A DNA stretch of 16,226 bases from the NCBI RefSeq assembly GCF_006345805.1, contig NW_021825182.1, positions 1 to 16,226 of the forward strand, in the 5' to 3' direction. Numbering within the stretch: the first letter of the stretch is position 1; each line of letters starts with the position of its first letter. The notes under the pieces are model-generated. The model saw nothing but the letters and a program-made list of their open reading frames with translations, ran no database searches and had not been told where the DNA came from. The translations under genes and the position numbers were made by a program. This DNA is from Octopus sinensis (taxonomy: Eukaryota). Shown in pieces: positions 8,275-16,226 of this stretch.

Positions 8275-9566
8275 AGACACAAAGACAATAGAGAGATAAA
8301 GAGACAAATAGATAAGCAGGTAGACATGTGTAGACATAGAGACAGACAGATGTACAGACAAATAGATAAGCAGGTAGACATGTGTAGACATAGAGACAGA
8401 CAGATGTACAGACAAATAGATAAGCAGGTAGACATGTGTGAATAGAGACAGACAGATGTACAGACAAAAGAGTAGCAGGTAGACATGTGTAGACATAGGT
8501 AGAGAGACAGATGTACAGACAAATAGATAAGCAGGTAGACAGTGTAGACATAGAGACAGACAGATGTACAGACAAATAGATAAGCAGGTAGACATGTGTA
8601 GACATAGAGACAGACAGATGTACAGACAAATAGATAAGCAGGTATAGACATGTGTAGACATAGAGACAGACAGATGTACAGACAAATAGATAAGCAGGTA
8701 GACATGTGTAGACATAGAGACAGACAGATGTACAGACAAATAGATAAGCAGGTAGACATGTGTAGACATAGAGACAGACAGATGTACAGACAAATAGATA
8801 AGAAGGTAGGTAGACATGTGTTAGACATAGAGACAGACAGATGTACAGACAAATAGATAAGCAGGTAGACATGTGTAGACATAGAGACAGACAGATGTAC
8901 AGACAAATAGATAAGCAGGTAGACATGTGTAGACATAGAGACAGACAGATGTACAGAGAAAATAGATAAGCAGGTAGCATGTGACAGTAGACATAGAGAC
9001 AGACAGATGTACAGACAAATAGATAAGCAGGTAGACATGTGTAGACATAGAGACAGACAGATGTACAGACAAATAGATAAGCAGGTAGACATGTGTAGAC
9101 ATAGAGACACACAGATGTACAGACAAATAGATAAGCAGGTAGACATGTGTAGACATAGAGACAGACAGCAGATGTACAGACAACAAATAGAGAAGCAGGT
9201 AGACATGTGTAGACATAGAGACAGACAGATGTACAGACAAATAGATAAGCAGGGAGACATGTGTAGACATAGAGGACAGACAGATGTACAGACAAATAGA
9301 TAAGCAGGTAGACATGTGTAGACATAGAGACAGACAGATGTACAGACAAATAGATAAGCAGGTAGACATGTGTAGACATAGAGACAGACAGATGTACAGA
9401 CAAATAGATAAGCAGGTAGACATGTGTAGACATAGAGACAGACAGATGTACAGACAAATAGATAAGCAGGTAGACATGTGTAGACATAGAGACAGACAGA
9501 TGTACAGACAAATAGATAAGCAGGTAGACATGTGTAGACATAGAGACAGACAGATGTACAGACAAA
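8275..9566. repeat. 54-bp minisatellite, about 24 copies
   Basis: Unit GACAGACAGATGTACAGACAAATAGATAAGCAGGTAGACATGTGTAGACATAGA. It translates as the 18-aa repeat MCRHRDRQMYRQIDKQVD, confirming the 54-nt period; scattered indels are present. Confidence 0.95.
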
Positions 9567-9701
9567 ATAGGTAATAACAAAAACAGAGCATACAATAGTA
9601 GATAAGCAAATAGATATATAGTTATAAAAATTGATGGTATAATAGAAAAACAGACAGGTGTGTGTGTGCGCCTGTGTGTTTGTGTGTATACTAATATATA
9701 T

Positions 9702-10277
9702 TTCTTTACTACCCACAAGGGGCTAAACACAGAGGACAAAAACGGAGAGACAAAGGGATTACGTCGATTACATCGACCCCAGTGCGTAACTGGTACTTAC
9801 TAATCGACCCGAAGGAATGAAAGGCAAGGCGACCTCGGCGGAATTTGTTAAACCAATCATAAAGGCAGACGCAAATATATATTTCTTTACTAACCACGAG
9901 GGCTAAACACAGAGGGGACAAACAGAAAACGGATTAAGTCGATTACATCGACCCCCAGTGTGTAACTGGTACTTACTTAATCGACCCCGAAAGGATGAAA
10001 GGCAAAGTCGACCTCGGCGGAATTTGAACTCAGATCATAAAGGCAGACGAAATACCTATTTCTTTACTACCCACAAGGGGCTAAACACAGAGGGGACAAA
10101 CAAATAGATTAAGTCGATTACATCGACCCCAGTGCGTAACTGGTACTTACTTAATCGACCCCGAAAGGATGAAAGGCAAAGTCGACCTCGGCAGAATTTG
10201 AACTCAGAACGTAACAGCAGACGAAATACGACTGCGCATTTCGCCCGGCGTGCTAACGTTTCTGCCAGCTGACCGCC
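9702..10277 (-). mobile_element. SINE family 1 head-to-tail array (three bodies, one head)
   Basis: Same unit as 7203-8044. Intact head (GCATTTCGCCCGGCGTGCTAACGTTTCTGCCAGCT) at ~10235-10277. Confidence 0.9.
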
Positions 10278-10300
10278 TTTAAAAAGGGTATACTTATATA

Positions 10301-10643
10301 GGCGCAGGCGTAGCAGTGTGGTAAGAAGTTTGCTTCCCAACGACATGGTTTCGAGTTCAGTCCCACTGCGGGGCGCCTCAGGCGAGTGTCTTCTATAGCC
10401 TTGGACCGACCAAAATCTTGTGAGCAGATTTGGTAAACGGAAATTGAAAGAAGCCCGTCCTATATATGTGTGAGGGGCTTTGTGTCTGTGTTTGTCCCCC
10501 ATCATTGCTTGACAACCGATGTTGCGTGTTTAACTCACCGTAACTTAGCGATTTGGCAAAAAAGACCGATAGAATAAGTAGTAGGCTTAAGAAATAAGTC
10601 CTGGGTCGATTTGTTTCACTAAAAAGCCTTTCAAGGCGGTGCT
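10301..10643 (+). mobile_element. SINE family 2, 3'-truncated and more diverged
   Basis: Homologous to 6136-6544 and 14496-14895; breaks off at AAGGCGGTGCT. Confidence 0.85.
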
Positions 10644-10930
10644 GATATTTTCAACGGTCTGTATAAATATATTTTGAACAATTGAACCCTTACCCTAACC
10701 CTAAATTGTTGATATTTTCTGACCTTATAATTTAATGTCGAAAGCGGATAACTCTTTTATCTTTTTCGCTCTTTATATTTTAGTCTTTGCGTTTTCGTTT
10801 TCCGGTTTTCATTTTCCGTTTTTTAACCTTTCGCATTCTTTAGATGCTGCCTTCTCCTTTAAATAACTGATATTTATCTCTCACCAGATGGAGTACTTTT
10901 ATGTTGAATTTTCTATCACGGAACATTACA

Positions 10931-11320
10931 TCTTTATATATAAAAGAGAAGTTGTGTGTCTGTCTCCTACGATTTAGATTCCTAACAACTCCCACATTTT
11001 GCGGTGCAGTGTAACCAAAAGCGTGTATCTTATAGTCGTGATTCATATCGAGCCCTTCTGGGTATTAGCGCGCGTCTACGATGAGTCTACGATTTTAAAA
11101 ATAATTTACCATCATTTTTTTCATTTTAATGCATTTTTTTCGCTAAGGGAAGTAACTCTCTAAAAATGTCTACGATGAGTCAACGATTTAAAAAAAAATT
11201 TACCATCGTTTTTTTTCCATTTTTAATGCATTTTTTGCTATTTTTTGGCTATAACTCTCTAAAAATGCTTATATAGTTATTTCCCTTACAAACCCGAGCA
11301 ACGCCGGGCGATATTGCTAG
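10931..11320 (+). mobile_element. Non-autonomous Helitron
   Basis: 5' end TCTTTATATATAAAA, subterminal hairpin CCCG-AGCAACGC-CGGG (11293-11308) and 3' CTAG. It is inserted between A10930 and T11321 with no TSD. Internal ~95-bp tandem duplication (about 11074-11268). Confidence 0.85.
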
Positions 11321-11723
11321 TTATATATAAAGCTTGCCCGAGGGCGTTTATACATCCATATCTATAAACGGTAATTTTCAGTACTTTTCCCGCTGGATTA
11401 AGTATTCGTTTCTCTTTTGTCTTCTGCAATTTTATTTTTGGATCTTCTATATATATATGAAGAATTTTCCTCCGTCTGGCTGTTTTTTCTCTCTACAAAA
11501 CAGAAAGTTGCATTGTGGAACAGCCTTTTTAACGAGCATTTTTATTTATTTATCACCCGACGAGATACGTCTGCACCACCGGATACTCCCGAATCAGTTG
11601 CTGAATGTCCCCCAAGAGGAATCGATGCTACGTGGGTCATAAACAATTGTGATTAATAATATAATAATATATTCTCGTATATTCCATCTTCTGTCTTTTA
11701 TTAGTTTTAATATATATATAATA

Positions 11724-11748
11724 TCTGAAGAAGTATTTTCTAATATTG

Positions 11749-11810
<62 letters not shown>

Positions 11811-11832
11811 CAATATTAAAAAATTCTTCAGA
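11724..11832. repeat. Palindrome with an (AT)n core
   Basis: Arms TCTGAAGAA..TTTTCTAATATTGATTTTCTAAT and ATTAGAAAATCAATATTAAAAAATTCTTCAGA flank about 20 AT units. Confidence 0.85.
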
Positions 11833-12201
11833 AAGATATATACGTGTGTAAAATAATTGTCGTATTACAAATATATATATATATATATATATAAATATGT
11901 GTGTAAATATGTATAAGTATAAATATATAATAATGACATTGAAAGGTTTCGAAATACGTTTTTACGATCGTTTCGCAGAAGTGCTGTCCATATAATGGAA
12001 TAAATAGATTCAGCCACACATTACACGCATAAATTTAATAGTTGCCGTCTTTGTATGAAGGAAGCACTATATATATTATTATATAAACATAAGAACTTAA
12101 TAAATTGTTAATCAGAATCATTTTCAACATGCAGACATGGGTTTTATAAAACCTTAGATATTATAGGAGATTAATAAAGATTTAGATAGTGAATAATATA
12201 A

Positions 12202-12202
<1 letters not shown>

Positions 12203-12238
<36 letters not shown>

Positions 12239-12249
12239 TAATAATATAC

Positions 12250-12340
<91 letters not shown>
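12203..12340. repeat. (TA)n microsatellite
   Basis: Direct inspection. Confidence 0.95.
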
Positions 12341-12341
<1 letters not shown>

Positions 12342-12668
12342 TTATTTATTTATTTTTTTTGAGATATCAAAATAAAAGTGATACTTATAAATAGATTGAC
12401 AGATAAATTAATTAGAATTATTTGACTCTACGCACAGTTACATGACATAAATTATACATTAAATAAATATTGAATAGATATTCTTGGAATTAGAACCCGT
12501 GCACATCTAATCTATAACAAATGAACAGTTATAATTGCTTTAAACTTAAACATCTAAAAATTTTAATTGGCATCTTCCAATTATACAAATACAAAATATA
12601 AAATATATATTTTGACCAATTTATAATTTTATAATTTCAGAAATAAAATTTCACATATTATTTTATTT

Positions 12669-13801
12669 TATATTATCTAAGTCTATGGACTATATTTGGA
12701 ATACAGGACAATATAATGGATTCACACATAATTATTATGGATTACTACAGAAGACTTACCGAGGAGGAATATATGAATTTCAAGATTCTCATACTAAAGT
12801 GTGCTTACCAAAATCAAAAGCAGTAATTCTTAATTTTTATTTTATATTTTGGATCTTTACCCTTTGAACGGCAGATCGAGAAACTAATTTTTTGTAGCTT
12901 AACACTTTCAAACTTCGGACACTGAACGCTAACTCTAAAACCCTGACCCTAACCCTAAAGCCCTAACCCTAACCCTAAAACCTTTACTCTAACCCTATCC
13001 CTAAACCCTGACCCTAACCCTAAAACCTTAAAGCTAAAACCAGTACAAACGCACGAAATATGTCATAAATAACAGTGACAAACAAAATACACACCGCCGA
13101 TAGTTGTTGACAAACAACGGCAGTAATTTTATTCAGCTGAATACACGTCATTGATTGGTTGAAATTACCGAAATATGACAACTTTAACACGAAATAACTT
13201 TAAAAATATAAACTTTTCTCAACAACACTAAGAGTAAAAGATGTTTTATATGACACATTCTACCAGTGTCCGAAGTTTGAAAGTGTTTAGTTACAAAAAA
13301 TTAATTTCTCGATCAGCCGTTCAAAGGAAAAAGATCCTATATTTCAAACAAACACCATTTTCCCATATTACTTCATAATTAAGAAAAAAAAATACCATTC
13401 ATAAAATTATAGAAATTTCACATTTGATATTTCTGAGGAGCAGAAGAGTGATCTATAAATGTTTATCAATATAGGATTCCATTATTCTATATTATCTAAG
13501 TCTATGAACTATATTTGGAATACAAGACAATATAATGGATTTTACACATAACTATTATGGATAATTAGGGAATAATTACGAGGAAACATATATGGATTTA
13601 AAGACTCTCATACTAAAGTGAACTTACCAAAATCAAAAGCAGTAATTTTTAATTTTATTTTATATTTCAAACAAACACCATTTTTCCATATTTATATTAA
13701 AAAAAAACTACCATTCGATAAATTATACACATTTCACATTTTATATCTCTGAAGATCAGAGGAGTTGTCTATAAATGCTTATCAATATAGGATTCCATTA
13801 T
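12669..13801 (+). repeat. Two-copy ~314-bp tandem duplication; copy 1 is interrupted by a MITE
   Basis: TATTATCTAAGTCTATG.ACTATATTTGGAATACA...CTTACCAAAATCAAAAGCAGTAATT...CAAACAAACACCATT...ATCAATATAGGATTCCATTAT occurs as 12669-12850 + 13338-13487 and again as 13488-13801. Confidence 0.85.
12851..13337. mobile_element. MITE with 74-bp TIRs, GG termini, an ~8-bp TSD and internal telomere-like repeats (Merlin-like by terminal features, tentative)
   Basis: TIRs GGATCTTT..CCTTTGAACGGC.GATCGAGAAA.TAATTTTTTGTA.CT.AACACTTTCAAACTTCGGACACTG at 12851-12924 and 13264-13337. Flanks TATATTTT / TATATTTC. (CCCTAA)-like tract at 12929-13040. Confidence 0.85.
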
Positions 13802-14147
13802 AGGACAGCACTTCTGCGAAACGATTGTAAGATGCTTTAAAAACTTAATTCGAAACTTTTAAAATATCATTATTATATATTTATACTTATACATATTTAC
13901 ATATATTTATACATATTTATATTTTTAATACAACAATTATTTTACACACGTATATATCTTTCTGAAGAATTTTCTAATATTGATTTCCTGGTATTAATAA
14001 TAATATATTATATAAAATATATATAATCGCTCGTATTAAATACATGAATACTTTAATAGTATAATATTTGATACAATAGAGCACTCAATATAAATTCAGT
14101 ATATAATATTCTCATTGAATATATTAACTAAAGATATTATAATATAT

Positions 14148-14151
<4 letters not shown>

Positions 14152-14193
<42 letters not shown>
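14152..14193. repeat. (TA)n microsatellite
   Basis: Direct inspection. Confidence 0.95.
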
Positions 14194-14196
<3 letters not shown>

Positions 14197-14495
14197 AATC
14201 TTTTGCGCAATGATAAAAAAAAACCAAGGCTGTGTAGATATATCATTTATAGATAGAAGGTCTTACAGCTGTTCTAGGATATTTATAAATTATATCCCTT
14301 CATCGGAGACGGTGTGAGAGGATGGTTAAGTAATAGTTAATTTAGATGGGATACAAAATAGAGAGTGAGGTGGAGGAAAGAAAATAAATGTGAGATATGT
14401 CGGGATATTGAAGATATAGATCCATTTTTTAGGCAGAATGGTATATATGTAAAATTCCAATACCTTATGAGTAAATTTCAATATATATATATATA

Positions 14496-14895
14496 GGCGC
14501 AGGAGTGGCTGTGTGGTAAGTAGCTTCCTTACCAACCACATGGTTCCTGAGTTCAGTCCCACTACGTGGCACCTTGGGCAAGTGTCTTCTACTATAGCCT
14601 CGGGCCGACCAAAGCCTTGTGAGTGGATTTGATAGCCCGTCGTATATATATGTATATATATATATATGTGTGCGTGTATGTTTGTGTGTCTGTGTTTGTC
14701 CCCCTAGCATTGCTTGACAACCGATGCTGGTGTGTTTATGTCCCCGTCACTTAGCGGTCGGCAAAAAGAGACCGATAGAATAAGTACTGGGCTTACAAAG
14801 AATAAGTCCTGTGTCGATTTGCTCGACTAAAGGCGGTGCTCCAGCATGGCCGCAGTCAAATGACTGAAACAAGTAAGAGAGAGAGAGTAAAGAGT
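14496..14895 (+). mobile_element. SINE family 2, near full length
   Basis: GGCGCAGGAGTGGCTGTGTGGTAAG...GAGTTCAGTCCC...GGCCGCAGTCAAATGACTGAAACAAGT; flanked by (TA)n. Confidence 0.9.
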
Positions 14896-14994
14896 ATATA
14901 TATGTATCAGAAGAAGTAGATGGGCTTAATAAATACAGTTAAATATCTATAAAGTACTCAGTGATAAAAGTATTTGGTTAACTATGTATATATA

Positions 14995-15881
14995 CAAGGT
15001 GTTCGGAATAAATTTGAAAGTTTGTATAAAAGGAAAGGAAAACTATATACTATCCAAAGCTAAAAGTATATTTTTTAAAAATCCAAAAATATTAACTAGA
15101 TTATAGTGGGATGATAACAGTTTGTTCAAAGTTGTCACCCTCAGCTTCCACCACAGTCTCAAGACGGCTCCGGAAGCTGGTACCAGCGTTCCTCAATGCG
15201 TCTCTGGAAAATCTTCGAACATCTCCTTGATCTAGACAATCAGCTCGGACTTGGTGTTACCGGTAGAGTGGTTGGTGTCTTTCTCAACTGCACCTCGCAC
15301 GTATTAAACTCATGGGATTACAATCGGGGCAATTAGGAAGCCAGAACTTGGGGGCTGGTAAAGACGTAGGAATTCTCCGCCAACCATGTATGGCAGGGAT
15401 CCGGATCCTGCTGACCAGACGTAAAACCTTCCAGCAGTAACCCTCTACAAGCAGGGTTTGAACACTGTCTCCAGCAGCTTCACATAGCGGCCTGAATTGA
15501 GCCCAAGGCCCCATTCTAGGATGAGGGGATGAGTTCCCGCGTTTGGACGCAGTCAGAAGGCTGTGTCTCTTCCTGTTTGATCACGACTTCGTAATCTCCG
15601 TTGCAGCTGTCCATGTCATGTCTTACCGCCGTTGCAGTGTTCGCAGAGCATTGAGCAGAAATCATGATGCCAGCACTATGATACTCGGCGCGATTCATCA
15701 TGATATAGGCAACTCTTTGCCAATATTCAGATGGTCACCAGTTCTCCATGTCTGCTAAATTGTCTCGACAATTTTAATGCTATGCTCTCCAACGCCGCTA
15801 ACTATTCACCAATACATCAAACTGTTCCTGAAAAACAAAAAGGTGGACATAAAAATTGTCAAACCTTGTCCGAACACCCTA
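14995..15881 (-). mobile_element. Decayed, internally deleted Tc1/mariner (maT/DD37D-like) transposon
   Basis: Imperfect TIRs: left TA|CAAGGTGTTCGGATAAATTTGA; right end reverse complement AGGGTGTTCGGACAAGGTTTGA. Broken minus frames: NSGRYVKLLETVFKP..., YVW-QQDPDPCHT, FWLPNCPDCNPM, YVRGAVEKDTN...NTKSELI, FRSRLETVVEAEGDNFE. Confidence 0.88.
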
Positions 15882-15947
15882 CATACATACATGTGTGTGT
15901 GCGCGAGTTTGTGCGTGAATACTTGATTCATTGATATGCAGGTATAT

Positions 15948-16226
15948 ATCACCGTGATCACCGTGACCGACCAGGCTATCAGATGTTGTTACACATCGCT
16001 GGTCACAATGCGCTTCGCATTGTTTTAGCCTCAAATGACGCCACCCCGCTGGCTAAGCGAGCAGCCAACAGAAGAAAGAGTGAGAAAAGTTTGGCGAAAG
16101 AGTACAGCAGGGATCACCACCATCCCCTGCCGGAGCCTCGTGGAGCTTTAGGTGTTTTCGCTCAATAAACACTCACAACGCCGGTCTGGGAATCGAAACC
16201 GCGATCCACGACCGCGAACCGCTGCC
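15948..16226 (-). mobile_element. SINE family 3, tail type C (5' end runs off the window)
   Basis: AGAGTACAGCAGGGATCACCACCATCCCCTGCCGGAGC...GGTCTGGGAATCGAAACCGCGATCC is nearly identical to ~4900-5020. Sequence left of ~16080 differs from both other family-3 copies. Confidence 0.85.

Larger units (their letters stand above)
11806..13987. repeat. Pair of ~190-bp inverted repeats (11806-12001 / 13792-13987) bracketing about 1.8 kb; possible foldback-type element
   Basis: Blocks AATCAATATT..AAAATTCTTCAGAAAGATATATACGTGTGTAAAATAATTG and ATCGTTTCGCAGAAGTGCTGTCC.TATAATGGAAT match the reverse complement of 13792-13987. Confidence 0.75.

Noticed and set aside
8074-9739. Long 247-512-aa ORFs
   Set aside because: They arise from a stop-free 54-bp minisatellite; indels shift the frame freely, indicating no coding constraint.
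12929-13040. True telomere or chromosome-fusion scar
   Set aside because: The tract is short, degenerate, single-orientation and enclosed within MITE TIRs.
15284-15934. ORFs 15284-15514, 15516-15701, 15543-15758 and 15731-15934 as genes
   Set aside because: They are pieces or antisense shadows of the decayed transposase region.

Overview
AT-rich, microsatellite-dense eukaryotic genomic DNA. It is most likely cephalopod (octopus-like), inferred from the tRNA-derived SINE families and TTAGGG-type repeats rather than proven. Two genuine coding signals lie on the minus strand. (1) An uninterrupted 730-codon reading frame from ATG 2191 off the left edge, absent from the ORF track, encodes a GAF-A/GAF-B/catalytic PDE5/6/11-family cyclic-nucleotide phosphodiesterase with no introns, so it is a candidate intact retrogene. 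(2) A single 240-bp internal exon (6561-6800) belongs to an OATP/SLCO transporter. I found no other SLCO exon, so the PDE appears to be nested, same-strand, in an SLCO intron. The rest is repetitive: several SINE families (including head-to-tail multimers with a shared junction), an RLE-type LINE remnant, a mariner MITE, a decayed Tc1/mariner transposon, a non-autonomous Helitron, a 54-bp minisatellite, and a nested inverted-repeat structure holding a MITE with telomere-like repeats next to its own empty-site paralog. Nearly all ORFs in the supplied track are artefacts of these repeats.
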